Counted from the stretch's first letter, positions 27,966-37,973 are shown. The stretch is 64,000 nt of DNA from Thermoplasmata archaeon (GCA_027006785.1 JALTFR010000032.1:544-64543); one strand, 5' to 3'. The notes: generated by a model not told the origin, from the sequence alone. A program made the numbers and translations.

Positions 27966-28526
27966 ATGGATGAGTTCATTGAATACGAGGACCCGGCATA
28001 TATGGAGGTGGACATCTCAAAGCCATGTGAGAGGCCCGGAGCCTTCAGGGAGGTCATCTTCGGCACGGATGTGAGCAGATTGAAGTATGACATGATGGAA
28101 ACGCTTTTCAGGGTCATGTCTGCCGACTGGGGAAAGGGAATCGCCGCACCATACGGATATCCTGCGGACGGGTGCAGCGCTGAGAAGGTCAGAGAGGAGT
28201 TCGGAAAAGAGGCCCTTGATCTGTTGAAGGAGGCGGAGCGCATCGGAATGGACATTCGATCGGAATGGTCATGGGCGCTCATTACCGCCGCACCTGAAGA
28301 TATGCGGGACAATGTCATAGAGGCTGTGCTTCGCCAGATTCCCTGGGGTCACGTATTCATCGAAGCGCTCCTTCTGGAAGGGGACATATCCAGAGCGGAA
28401 CTGGAAAGGGTGTTCGATGAGAGGATAGGAAGGCTGACATTCGTGGAGCGCACGCCCCTACTGACGGCGGAAGTGACGCTGTCCAGCCTCGATGATGTCG
28501 AGTGGTACAGCCTGAGCAGGTTCTAG
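27966..28526 (+). CDS. Hypothetical protein
   Basis: 186-aa ORF with genome-like codon use filling the gap between fetA and pckG; no motif recognised. Confidence 0.7.
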   Translation: MDEFIEYEDPAYMEVDISKPCERPGAFREVIFGTDVSRLKYDMMETLFRVMSADWGKGIAAPYGYPADGCSAEKVREEFGKEALDLLKEAERIGMDIRSEWSWALITAAPEDMRDNVIEAVLRQIPWGHVFIEALLLEGDISRAELERVFDERIGRLTFVERTPLLTAEVTLSSLDDVEWYSLSRF

Positions 28527-28577
28527 TTTCGCACAAAGCTTTTTACGCAGCACGATTTCCCAGCAAGCGGTGAAGAT

Positions 28578-30425
28578 ATGATATCACCCGAACAGATGGC
28601 AAAGCTAGAGGCCATAGGCAGCGAGGAACTGATGGATTTCGTGAACAGGTATGTTGAACTGATGGAGCCGGATTCCGTCTTCGTATGCACGGATTCGGAT
28701 GAGGATTACAGATATATCCGGGAGAGAGCGCTCCGCGAGGGCGAGGAAAGGCAGTTGAAGGACTTCGGCTCGCACACGGTCCATTTCGACAACTACTACG
28801 ACCAGGCAAGGGACAAGAAGAACACGGCGATACTCACGGACGGGGAGGAAATACCCTTCATAAACACGAAGGACCGCAGCGAGGGCCTTGAGGAGATTCA
28901 CGAGATTATGAAAGAGATAATGAAGGGAAGGGAGATGATAGTTGCTTTCTTCTCGCTCGGCCCCAGAGAGTCCCCTTTCAGCATACTGGGCGTCCAGATA
29001 ACCGATTCCCCCTATGTAGCACACAGCGAGCACATGCTCTACAGGACAGCATACGATGAGTTCAAAAGGATTGGCAAGGGTGTGGAGTTCTTCAAATTCG
29101 TACACTCTGAGGGAGAGCTGGACGAGAGGAAGAGTTCCAAGAACCTCGATAAGAGGCGCGTCTACATAGACCTGAAGGAGAAGAGTGTCTACTCGGTAAA
29201 CACCCAGTATGGCGGAAACACCATAGGCCTCAAGAAACCGGCTTTCAGACTGACCATAGATCAGGCTGCCAGAGAGGGCTGGCTTTCTGAGCACATGTTC
29301 CTGATGGGTGTGAATGGCCCTGATGGAAGGGTCAGTTATTTCACAGGAGCGTTCCCCTCAATGTGCGGAAAGACATCTACATGCATGGTGAGAGGTGAAA
29401 GGCTCGTGGGTGATGACCTCTCATTCATAAGGAACATAGATGGCGAAGCAAGGGCAGTGAATGTGGAGAACGGTGTCTTTGGAATAATTCAGGGCATAAA
29501 TTCAAGGGATGACCCTCAGATATGGAATGTCCTGCACTCCGACAATGAGGTGATATTCTCCAACATTCTTGTCAGCGAGGGGCTACCTTACTGGACCGGC
29601 AAGGACGGAGAGCTCCCGGACAGGGGAGAGAACCATAGCGGAGAGTGGTGGAAGGGAAAGAAGGACGCAGAGGGCAACGAGATACCACCCAGCCATAAGA
29701 ACGCGAGGTTCACCGTCAGGCTCTCCTCTTTTGAGAATTTGGACGCGGACGCTCTTGATGCAGGAAAAGGAGTACCTCTCAGCGGAATAATCTTCGGAGG
29801 AAGGGATGCAGACACATGGCCACCTGTATGTGAGTCATTCAACTGGAAGCACGGCATCATAACGAAGGGGGCCTCTCTCGAGTCCGAGACAACGGCAGCA
29901 ACACTTGGCAAGGAGGGTGTGAGGAAGTTCAATCCCATGGCCATACTGGATTTCATGTCCATAAACCTCGGGAAGTACCTGAGAAACTACCTAGATTTCG
30001 AGAAAAAGCTTCAGAAGGTCCCGAAGGTATTTGCTGTGAATTACTTCATAAGGGATGAGAACGGCAATTTTCTGAATGAGAAGACTGACAAGGCGGTCTG
30101 GCTCAAGTGGATGGAATTGAGGGTTCACGGAGATGTCTCTGCGCTCGAGAGCCCGATAGGATACATACCGATATACCGGGACCTGAAAGCCCTGTTCAAA
30201 GAGGTGCTCAACAAAGACTACAGTGAGGAGGACTACGAGAAGCAGTTTACCATACGCGTACCTGAACTTCTCAACAAGATAGAGCGGATAGAAAAGGCAT
30301 ATCGCGAGATAGATGGAACACCTGAGGAGCTATTTGAGGAACTTGAGGAGGAAAGAGAGAGACTCGAGGAAACACTCAGGCATTATGGAAAGAGATTATC
30401 ACCGTTTGATATAGGATTCATATAA
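28578..30425 (+). CDS. pckG: GTP-dependent phosphoenolpyruvate carboxykinase
   Basis: YGGNTIGLKK, WLSEHM, GAFPSMCGKTST, LVGDD, FGGRD, RKFNPMA. Confidence 0.97.
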   Translation: MISPEQMAKLEAIGSEELMDFVNRYVELMEPDSVFVCTDSDEDYRYIRERALREGEERQLKDFGSHTVHFDNYYDQARDKKNTAILTDGEEIPFINTKDRSEGLEEIHEIMKEIMKGREMIVAFFSLGPRESPFSILGVQITDSPYVAHSEHMLYRTAYDEFKRIGKGVEFFKFVHSEGELDERKSSKNLDKRRVYIDLKEKSVYSVNTQYGGNTIGLKKPAFRLTIDQAAREGWLSEHMFLMGVNGPDGRVSYFTGAFPSMCGKTSTCMVRGERLVGDDLSFIRNIDGEARAVNVENGVFGIIQGINSRDDPQIWNVLHSDNEVIFSNILVSEGLPYWTGKDGELPDRGENHSGEWWKGKKDAEGNEIPPSHKNARFTVRLSSFENLDADALDAGKGVPLSGIIFGGRDADTWPPVCESFNWKHGIITKGASLESETTAATLGKEGVRKFNPMAILDFMSINLGKYLRNYLDFEKKLQKVPKVFAVNYFIRDENGNFLNEKTDKAVWLKWMELRVHGDVSALESPIGYIPIYRDLKALFKEVLNKDYSEEDYEKQFTIRVPELLNKIERIEKAYREIDGTPEELFEELEEERERLEETLRHYGKRLSPFDIGFI

Positions 30426-30484
30426 TGCAACAGATTTGACCGCCATAGCTTTATATAGAGGAAAAATGGGCGAGCGGTGATAGC

Positions 30485-31438
30485 ATGGAGTCCTATGATA
30501 CAGTGATAATAGGTGCCGGCCCGGCAGGTTTGAATGCCGCCATATATGCAGTACGTGCCGGTCTGAGTGCCATAGTGCTGGACGGAAAGACAGCCGGTGG
30601 TCTGGTAGCAGAGTCTCCGGCCATAGAGAACTATCTCGGTTTCAGCAGCATAGACGGTATGAAACTCTCGGCCAAGTTCAAGACACATGCACAGCACTAT
30701 GTCCAGATAAAGGAAATAGAGCCAGTAACGGACATAATCAGAAAAGAAGATGTGTTTCTTGTGAAGACAGAGAGAGGCGAGTACTCCGCGAAGACCATAA
30801 TACTGGCAACGGGGAGCGAGCACCGCCACCTCGGAATACCCGGTGAGGAGGAGTTCTCCGGGCGTGGAGTTTCTTACTGCTCCACATGTGACGGATTCTT
30901 CTTCAGGAACAAGGAGGTTCTGGTCGTGGGTGGTGGAAATACCGCTGTCGGCGACGCTATATACCTTAAAGGTGTCGGCTGCAATGTCAGGCTCGTTCAC
31001 AGAAGGGGCTCACTCCGTGCTGAAAAGGCCCTGCAGGATAAGATGTTCTCCATGGACATACCTGTTATGTGGGATTCCGAGCTTGTGGAGATATATGGTG
31101 ATAGCAAGGTCAAAGGAGTCAGGGTAAGGAACAAAAAGACGGGTGAGATAAGCGATGTGGCGGTTGATGGTATTTTCATATCGATAGGGGAGGACCCGAA
31201 TAACGATCTTGCCAAAAATCTCGGTGTAAAGCTTGCTGATGATGGATACGTGATAATAGATAGGTTCAGCAGGACCAATGTACCGGGAGTGTATGCTGCC
31301 GGTGACCTTACCGGAGGGGTCAAGCAGATAATCGTAGCTGCATCCGAAGGTGCGGTAGCAGCTCTTTCTGCCTACGAGGACATAAACAACCCCTACTGGA
31401 AGAAAGATGAAGGAAGTGTAGAAGGATTTGAAATATGA
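30485..31438 (+). CDS. trxB: Thioredoxin reductase
   Basis: GAGPAG, GVSYCSTCDG, GGGNTA, YAAGD. Confidence 0.95.
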   Translation: MESYDTVIIGAGPAGLNAAIYAVRAGLSAIVLDGKTAGGLVAESPAIENYLGFSSIDGMKLSAKFKTHAQHYVQIKEIEPVTDIIRKEDVFLVKTERGEYSAKTIILATGSEHRHLGIPGEEEFSGRGVSYCSTCDGFFFRNKEVLVVGGGNTAVGDAIYLKGVGCNVRLVHRRGSLRAEKALQDKMFSMDIPVMWDSELVEIYGDSKVKGVRVRNKKTGEISDVAVDGIFISIGEDPNNDLAKNLGVKLADDGYVIIDRFSRTNVPGVYAAGDLTGGVKQIIVAASEGAVAALSAYEDINNPYWKKDEGSVEGFEI

Positions 31439-31448
31439 GGTGAGAAAA

Positions 31449-32099
31449 ATGGAACAACTGATAGATGAGGAATCAAGGCAGGAACTGAAAGAAAAGTTCC
31501 AGAAAGAGATGAAGAGGCCCGTCGAACTCATGGTCTTCATAGACCCGGAGGACAGCGAGCACAAGGATTATTCCGATTTCTCGGTGCAGATATCGAAGGA
31601 ACTGGCCGAGATAGACGACAGAATAAAGGTGAAAGTTTTCAACAAGGGCGACCCCGAGTGTGAGAAATACGATGTAAGCCGCTTTCCTAGCATACTCATA
31701 GACCCTGACTCCGGTTATAAGATAAGGTACACCGGAGCACCAGCCGGGCAGGAGGGCTGGGGATTCGTGGAGACAATAACCCTTGTTTCAAGGGATGACC
31801 CGGGGCTGCTTCCGGTAAATGCTGAGAAGCTCAGAGGCCTCAGCAAGGATGTGAAGGTGCAGGTATATGTAACACCTTCGTGCCCTTATTGCCCGATGGC
31901 AGTCGTTCTGGCCAACAAGGCGGCCATAGCTGCAAAGGGAAAGGTCATGGCAGAGTGTGTGGAAGCATACGAGAACCCGGACCTTGCGGACCTCTACAAT
32001 GTGAGCGCTGTGCCCCAGCAGGTTCACAATGATGGTGCTCTGATATCCGTTGGTGTGCAGCCTGAGGACAAGTTCGTGGACGACATACTGAAGTCCTGA
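31449..32099 (+). CDS. Protein disulfide oxidoreductase (two thioredoxin folds, only C-terminal CPYC present)
   Basis: RYTGAPAGQEGWGF, VTPSCPYCP, VSAVP; ATG follows SD GAGGTGA. Confidence 0.88.
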   Translation: MEQLIDEESRQELKEKFQKEMKRPVELMVFIDPEDSEHKDYSDFSVQISKELAEIDDRIKVKVFNKGDPECEKYDVSRFPSILIDPDSGYKIRYTGAPAGQEGWGFVETITLVSRDDPGLLPVNAEKLRGLSKDVKVQVYVTPSCPYCPMAVVLANKAAIAAKGKVMAECVEAYENPDLADLYNVSAVPQQVHNDGALISVGVQPEDKFVDDILKS

Positions 32100-32109
32100 G
32101 GCAGGAAAA

Positions 32110-32412
32110 ATGTCCGAGAAGGATGAGGAACTGAAGCAGAAGATCATGGATGCGCTCTCCAATGTCATAGACCCGGAGACATTCATAGATGTCGTCACCA
32201 TGAACCTCATCCTGAAACTGGAGGTAAAGGACGGGAATGTGGAGGCGGTCTTCCGCCCATCCGCACCCACCTGCCCTCTCGGCGTCCAGCTGGCATACAG
32301 CGTAAAGAAGGCGATAAAGGATGTCGAGGGGGTCAAATCCGTTAAGCTCACAGTTGTGGATTACATAATGGCAAACGAACTGAACAAGATGCTGGAAGAG
32401 GAAGATGTCTGA
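32110..32412 (+). CDS. DUF59 / SufT-like Fe-S assembly protein
   Basis: LSNVIDPE..IDVV.MNLI, SAPTCPLG. Confidence 0.88.
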   Translation: MSEKDEELKQKIMDALSNVIDPETFIDVVTMNLILKLEVKDGNVEAVFRPSAPTCPLGVQLAYSVKKAIKDVEGVKSVKLTVVDYIMANELNKMLEEEDV

Positions 32413-32848
32413 GATATACCGCATGATTCTTGAATGCCTCTCCGGAAGGGTGCTGGAGATAGGATGTGGTTCCGGGCGACTGACCGATTTTTTGAACGAA
32501 AAAGGGCTTGATGCAACCGGATTAGACCCTTATGCATACGGAAGCAACTGTATCAGGGCCTATGCCGAGGAACTGCCCTTCGATGACGGGGAATTCGATT
32601 CCATCGTATCTGTGAAAAGCCTGCACCACACCGAAGCGCCGAAGGCGCTCAGGGAGGCGCTCCGTGTTCTCAAAAAGGGAGGAAGGATATGCATAGCGGA
32701 CTGGGTATTCGGAGCGCAAACAGGAATACCTGAGCGATATTTCACTCACGATGAGATAAGGAAGATGCTATCCGATGCAGGGTTCGGTTCCATAGAGTTC
32801 ATGGAATCGCCAGAGCGTGATATCTTCATTGTCAGGGCCATCAAATAA
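32405..32848 (+). CDS. Small class I SAM methyltransferase
   Basis: VLEIGCGSG, AEELPFDDGEFD, SLHH, LKKGG. Confidence 0.85.
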   Translation: MSEIYRMILECLSGRVLEIGCGSGRLTDFLNEKGLDATGLDPYAYGSNCIRAYAEELPFDDGEFDSIVSVKSLHHTEAPKALREALRVLKKGGRICIADWVFGAQTGIPERYFTHDEIRKMLSDAGFGSIEFMESPERDIFIVRAIK

Positions 32849-33425
32849 GGCCGGCGAAGAGCGCCAGAAGGTAGTAGGCGAGCGCGGGGAACAGGACCAT
32901 TGTAAAATCGTCGTTGAGCCATCTCAGTTTTTCATGTTTCCCGAGCATCTCCGACCATATGCCGACCCCGGCAACTATTGGGCCGATTATCAACTGCTCG
33001 TAACTGACCATTCCGAAGGGAACTATGGATGTTATATAGAATATCAGGGTGTACAGGATCAGGGCTGAGGGTATCATCCACTTCTTCTTCCGGTAATATC
33101 CCATGAAGGGGTCTATCCATGCCCATGCGAACACGATGGGGACATTCACCCACACAGGAAAGAGGAAGAAGGAAACACCGAGCCCGATAGCGCACCATCC
33201 GAAGCCCGATAGTGTGTTCTTCTCGTAGTTCCTGAAAAGAGGTATGTCGAATCCTAGGAATATGCGCAGAACCTCGAAGAGCATCACGATGCCGACCACC
33301 AGTATGGCTGTAAGGTCCCTGTAGAACTCACCCACAGGGAGCACATAATAGAGCAGAGCGACAAAGCCGAACATATGGATTATCTTCCTCGTTTTCTCGT
33401 ATTCCATCGTTTTCCAATCCTGCAT
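32841..33425 (-). CDS. Dolichol kinase / cytidylyltransferase-like membrane protein
   Basis: RKIIHM, FRNYE, AWIDP, DDFT motifs with TM helices. Confidence 0.7.
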   Translation of the reverse strand: MQDWKTMEYEKTRKIIHMFGFVALLYYVLPVGEFYRDLTAILVVGIVMLFEVLRIFLGFDIPLFRNYEKNTLSGFGWCAIGLGVSFFLFPVWVNVPIVFAWAWIDPFMGYYRKKKWMIPSALILYTLIFYITSIVPFGMVSYEQLIIGPIVAGVGIWSEMLGKHEKLRWLNDDFTMVLFPALAYYLLALFAGLI

Positions 33426-33490
33426 TTCATATTAATAGCTTATGGACATTTCTGGCTCAAAGTTTATCTTCATGAAACTAATGAGTCCGT

Positions 33491-34909
33491 ATGCATGCGA
33501 TATCCTTCCTTGATATGCGAGAGTACGACAGAAACGCCGTGTTCCTCGGTGTTCCGGAGGAATCACTGATGGAGAACGCCGGAAGAGGCGCGGCTGAGAT
33601 AATCGCAGATGAGTACGATGTTAAGGGAAAGAGGATACTGATAATTTGCGGCACAGGGAACAATGCAGGGGACGGAACGGTCGTTGCCAGATACCTGAAG
33701 GAGAAAGGCGCTCTCCCCGCAATATATCTTCTCAAGGGCAGGGTGAGAAGCGAACTGTCCAACATGAACCTGAAAAGGGCAGAGGAGAGGGGGATATCTG
33801 TGCACACATCCGGGCTTAAGGAGCTCATAGAGCGCTCCGATATGCTCATTGATGCCCTGCTGGGAATAGGCGTATCTGGCAATCCTAAGGAGCCGTATAA
33901 GAGCGCAATAGAGATGATGAACTCCTCGGGAAAACCGATAATTTCCATAGACATACCGTCCGGAATGGGCTATGACCCATCTGTAAAACCTGAGCTCACC
34001 ATAACATTCGACTCCCCGAAGGAGGGCATGGAGGGAAATGTGAGGGTCGTGGACATCGGGATTCCCAAGGATGCGAAGGAATATGTCGGACCCGGAGCAT
34101 TCGTGCGCTACCCGAGGCTGAGAAAGGACGCGCACAAAGGGGACGGCGGACGAATAATGATAATCGGAGGCGGGCCGTACCACGGAGCGCCGATAATGGC
34201 AGGAAAGGCGGCATACCGCGCCGGTTCGGACCTCGTCTATCTGACCGTACCGGAGAGGATATACTCAATTGCGGCATCATCCTGTGATAACTTCATAGTC
34301 AGGTCGGCGGGAAATGAGGTGATAGATAAAGGGGCTCTTTCCATAATCGGGAGCATGCAGGACAAGATGCATGCCGTTCTTATAGGCCCGGGGATCGGCA
34401 GGGATGATAGGACAAAGAGAGCCATAGCTTCCTTGCTGGAGAAGGTGAAGGCCCCTATGATAATAGATGCCGATGCGCTCCACATGATAGACCTCAATAA
34501 AGTCCCTGAGGGAACGGTTATAACCCCGCACAGGGGCGAGTTCAGGGCGTTGTTCGGCGAGCATCCTCCCGAGGACATCGCGGAGAGAAAGGAGATGGTG
34601 ATGCAGAAAGCGAAGGAATATGGGATAACGATAGTTCTCAAAGGCCCGGTGGATGTGATATCAGATGGAGAAAGGGCGATGCTCAACAGGTCCGGCGTTC
34701 CACGGATGGCCGTGGGCGGAACAGGAGATGTTCTGGCAGGCGTGATAACATCCCTCATCGGCAGGGGAATGGAGCCCTACCATGCGGCAAGGCTGGGTTC
34801 TTTCATTACAGGATATGCCGGGGAAAAGGCCTTCGCAGAGAAGAGCTACGGGATGATCGCCACCGATGTGATAGAGAGGATACCGGAGGTCCTGAAGGAG
34901 TTCCTGTGA
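33491..34909 (+). CDS. nnr: Bifunctional NAD(P)H-hydrate epimerase/dehydratase
   Basis: LMENAG, GNNAGDG, DALLGIG, SIDIPSG, HKGDGG, IDADAL, TPHRGEF, GGTGDVLAG. Confidence 0.96.
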   Translation: MHAISFLDMREYDRNAVFLGVPEESLMENAGRGAAEIIADEYDVKGKRILIICGTGNNAGDGTVVARYLKEKGALPAIYLLKGRVRSELSNMNLKRAEERGISVHTSGLKELIERSDMLIDALLGIGVSGNPKEPYKSAIEMMNSSGKPIISIDIPSGMGYDPSVKPELTITFDSPKEGMEGNVRVVDIGIPKDAKEYVGPGAFVRYPRLRKDAHKGDGGRIMIIGGGPYHGAPIMAGKAAYRAGSDLVYLTVPERIYSIAASSCDNFIVRSAGNEVIDKGALSIIGSMQDKMHAVLIGPGIGRDDRTKRAIASLLEKVKAPMIIDADALHMIDLNKVPEGTVITPHRGEFRALFGEHPPEDIAERKEMVMQKAKEYGITIVLKGPVDVISDGERAMLNRSGVPRMAVGGTGDVLAGVITSLIGRGMEPYHAARLGSFITGYAGEKAFAEKSYGMIATDVIERIPEVLKEFL

Positions 34910-34940
34910 AAACCTTTTAACCTGAGGCCCATTCATTACT

Positions 34941-35075
34941 ATGATAGCGGGAGTGTGCTACATCTGCGGAGCGCCTGCCCTTCACACATGCTCGATATGC
35001 GGGAGAATGGTGTGCGATGCACATTATGACAGTTCATTGATGGCCTGCACCGAGTGCGCGAAGGGACGGCATTAA
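34941..35075 (+). CDS. 44-aa zinc-finger microprotein
   Basis: MIAGVCYICGAPALHTCSICGRMVCDAHYDSSLMACTECAKGRH*; three CxxC plus CxxH; stop overlaps that of pdaD; below ORF-track cutoff. Confidence 0.8.
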   Translation: MIAGVCYICGAPALHTCSICGRMVCDAHYDSSLMACTECAKGRH

Positions 35076-35566
35076 AGTATGAAGATGGCAGCGGCCAGGG
35101 CCGTCACCCAGTGCTCGTCATCGCCCTGTATCGAGGCACCTACGGAGCGCACATCGTTCACCTCATCCTCCTCTATGTCCGTGAGGGATGCGAGCATATA
35201 TGTCGCCATATCTTCTGCAACCTGCCGGGCTTCGTCAAGGCCTATGTGTCCGTGATATTCTGAGATATAGCCATAATGCTCTTTATCTGCCGTCCGGGCA
35301 AGGCCAACCGCAGCGCTCACCACACCTCTTTCATATGTCGTTATTCTGGACATTACGCAGAATGTTATCTGTCCGTCCAGAAGTTCTTTCAGCCCCTCCT
35401 TCTTGGAGATTATCTTCGCTCCGGGCGGGTATATGGATGAAACCGTTACGAGATTGAGCCTCTCTATGCCCGCTTCTCGCAGTGCCATCTCGAAACTGAG
35501 AAGTTCCTCATCTGCCTTTCCTTTTCCGGAGGTGAAGAAGACCTTTTTCGGAACAAGTACGGTCAT
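35072..35566 (-). CDS. pdaD: Pyruvoyl-dependent arginine decarboxylase
   Basis: SFEMALREAGI..LNLVTVSSI (Ser-Ser self-cleavage site), GYISEYH; TTTAAATA about 22 nt upstream of ATG 35566. Confidence 0.93.
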   Translation of the reverse strand: MTVLVPKKVFFTSGKGKADEELLSFEMALREAGIERLNLVTVSSIYPPGAKIISKKEGLKELLDGQITFCVMSRITTYERGVVSAAVGLARTADKEHYGYISEYHGHIGLDEARQVAEDMATYMLASLTDIEEDEVNDVRSVGASIQGDDEHWVTALAAAIFIL

Positions 35567-35607
35567 AGATGGGAGAGCGCGATATCTGTATTTAAACTTT
35601 ACAGGGT

Positions 35608-36093
35608 TCATTCATCAACGCAGTCAAACTCTCCCTCTTCCATCATTATTATACGGTTCAGAACGCACTTCAGTGACTCCAGATTTTTAAGGAGATCTTC
35701 CAGTTTCATATGGTATTCCTCATTCTCCGATTTTGCAGCCAGTTTTTCAGTTATCTGCATGAGGGGAAGCACCTCCTTCTCAAGCAACTCCCTGGGCTGT
35801 TCAAGGAATTTCTCGAGAAATGATGGAATGATGGAGAAGTACTTGACACGGCCTTTCTTCTTAACTGTTATCATGTAGTCCTTGAGGAGCCTGTTAAGTG
35901 AGGTTGACACGGATGAACGGCTGAGACCGGTCTCTTCCGCTATCTCATCTATTGTCAGGGGCCTGTCCGATATTCCGAGTATGCCGTATATCCTTCCGTC
36001 CGTGTGGGTATAGCCCCACCTGACCATTATCCTCTCGATGAGGTCCATGAACTTCTGTTTTTTTCTCGTTACAGGCATACTATCACGCTCCAC
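35608..36093 (-). CDS. GbsR/MarR-like transcriptional regulator
   Basis: WGYTHTDGRIYGIL...LTIDEIAEETGLSRSSVSTSL. Confidence 0.88.
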   Translation of the reverse strand: MERDSMPVTRKKQKFMDLIERIMVRWGYTHTDGRIYGILGISDRPLTIDEIAEETGLSRSSVSTSLNRLLKDYMITVKKKGRVKYFSIIPSFLEKFLEQPRELLEKEVLPLMQITEKLAAKSENEEYHMKLEDLLKNLESLKCVLNRIIMMEEGEFDCVDE

Positions 36094-36133
36094 AAAGAAA
36101 ATAAAAAGGGTTTAAATGGTTTTCCAGCCCCGT

Positions 36134-36478
36134 TTATTTCTCATAGGCTATGAGGGCCCCACCTATCAGGGCTATCCATGCTCCCAGGGTCCAGAAGCCA
36201 CCGTCGAAGGGCATGGTTATCAGTGCGAGAAGTACTATGGACCATCCCGCACCCTTCGGGCTCTTTTCATAGTAGTAGGCGGCTACCATCATTATGAGGC
36301 TGAGTATTATTTCGGTCCAGCCTGTGGCCGTTACTCCGACAACGCTCCATCCATAGAGGGTATTCGCTGCCAGAACGGCTATTCCATCCGTCAGTATGAT
36401 GAGCGCCCCCAGAAGGGCGGTCCAGAGCCCGTATTTCGTTCCGTTTCCTGTTGAGATTTCGTCGGTCATTTTTATCAC
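36134..36478 (-). CDS. Small multi-TM membrane protein
   Basis: About four hydrophobic helices, GGFWTLGAWIALIGGAL; SD and TATA upstream. Confidence 0.8.
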   Translation of the reverse strand: MIKMTDEISTGNGTKYGLWTALLGALIILTDGIAVLAANTLYGWSVVGVTATGWTEIILSLIMMVAAYYYEKSPKGAGWSIVLLALITMPFDGGFWTLGAWIALIGGALIAYEK

Positions 36479-36524
36479 CGATTATCCACTATGCATCGGT
36501 TATATTTAAAGATTTCTGTCATAT

Positions 36525-36550
36525 CTGATATATCAGTTATAACTGACATA
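36525..36550. promoter_or_regulatory. Overlapping palindromic operator-like site
   Basis: CTGATATATCAG (36525-36536) and TCAGTTATAACTGA (36533-36546) are both perfect palindromes, just upstream of minus-strand TTTAAATATA (36501-36510). Confidence 0.6.
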
Positions 36551-36653
36551 AACGTTATTTATTGAAATTAGCGCGCAATGTGGAACCACGTGAAACAGCA
36601 ACAAAACACCAAAGTGCCTATAAAGGAAAAAATGAGGGATCAAAGAAAAGGAT

Positions 36654-37946
36654 TCAGAGCCCCACGAGCTCCTCGTAATCGTAGGCCCTGGTTCCTTCTG
36701 CGAAGCAGTAGTGTATCGTCTGGAACCCTTCCTTGAAGGCCGCGACATCCTGCCCGACCTTCTTTGGCTCTTCCTTGTCTATCACTATGCGCTTCATGAA
36801 CTCTGCCACATCCTTCATATCGCTCTCTTTCATTCCTATGCGGGTCAGCTCCTGGGTTCCGAGCCTGAGCCCGCTCGGGTCCAGAGCGCTGTTCACATCA
36901 TCCCACGGAAGCAGGTTCTTGTTCACGATGATGTATGCCTTTTCAAGGGCCTCGGAAGCGAACTTTCCACCTCCGTGCTCCCTGACATCCACCACAAGGG
37001 TGTGTGATTCAGTGAATCCCTTCTTCTCCGCCAGAACTTTGAATCCCCTTTCGTAGAGCGCCTGTCCGAGCGCCTTGGCGTTCCTGACTATCTGATCGGC
37101 ATATCTCTCGCCGAACTCTATGTGCTCCGCAAGGGCGACACCGAGCGCTGCCATTGCGTTCAGGTGGTGGTTGCTTAAAACTCCGGGGAACACGGCGTAT
37201 TTGAGCTTCCTTCTGGTCTTGTCATCCCTCGGGTTCGCGACTATCATTCCGTGCTGCGGTCCCGGAAGGGTCTTGTGGGTGCTCATCGTCATCATCTCGG
37301 CTCCCTCTCTCAACGGGTCCTGGAACTTCCCGCCTGCTATGAGCCCTGCCACATGTGCGGCGTCGTACCAGACATGGCTCCCGACCTCTTGGAACGCATC
37401 CTGAAACTCCTTGAGCGGCGTCGGGAAGAGATAGACGGACTGCCCGAAGAGCGCAAGTTTTGGCTTGACTTCCATTATCGTGTGTATCGTGCCGTCTATG
37501 TCAAGGTTCATCTCATCCACATCGAAGGGATATTCCACGGGCTCAAGCCCTCTAAGACCGACGGCTCCGAACTTCGCACTGCTTATATGGGCTCCCGCCG
37601 CAACGCTCGGGACCGTTATTCTATCGCCCGGCTTCGTGAGAGCGAAAAGGACCGCCATGTTGGCATTGGTCCCTGATATCGGCCTGACATCCGCATATTC
37701 CGATTTGAAAAGCTTCTTAGCAAGTTCAGTGACCTTTATCTCTATGAGGTCCACGAACTCGTTTCCCTGATAGTACCTCTCACCCGGGGTTCCCTCGGCA
37801 TACCTGTTGTGCAGGTCCGTTGCCATGACCTCCCTCGCCAGCGGGCTGAGAAGGTTCTCCGAGGCTATCATCGGTATTGAGTTCCTGAAGAGTTCAGTGT
37901 GCTTCTTAGCCATTTGCCTTATGTAGAGCGCTTCGTCCAGCATCAT
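36654..37946 (-). CDS. glyA: Serine hydroxymethyltransferase
   Basis: IASEN, RYAEG, RYYQG, YDAAHV, STHKTLPGPQHG, FPG..SNHH, SGLRLGT. Confidence 0.97.
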   Translation of the reverse strand: MMLDEALYIRQMAKKHTELFRNSIPMIASENLLSPLAREVMATDLHNRYAEGTPGERYYQGNEFVDLIEIKVTELAKKLFKSEYADVRPISGTNANMAVLFALTKPGDRITVPSVAAGAHISSAKFGAVGLRGLEPVEYPFDVDEMNLDIDGTIHTIMEVKPKLALFGQSVYLFPTPLKEFQDAFQEVGSHVWYDAAHVAGLIAGGKFQDPLREGAEMMTMSTHKTLPGPQHGMIVANPRDDKTRRKLKYAVFPGVLSNHHLNAMAALGVALAEHIEFGERYADQIVRNAKALGQALYERGFKVLAEKKGFTESHTLVVDVREHGGGKFASEALEKAYIIVNKNLLPWDDVNSALDPSGLRLGTQELTRIGMKESDMKDVAEFMKRIVIDKEEPKKVGQDVAAFKEGFQTIHYCFAEGTRAYDYEELVGL

Positions 37947-37973
37947 ATCACCGCTCCGGTATATGTTCCAGCA

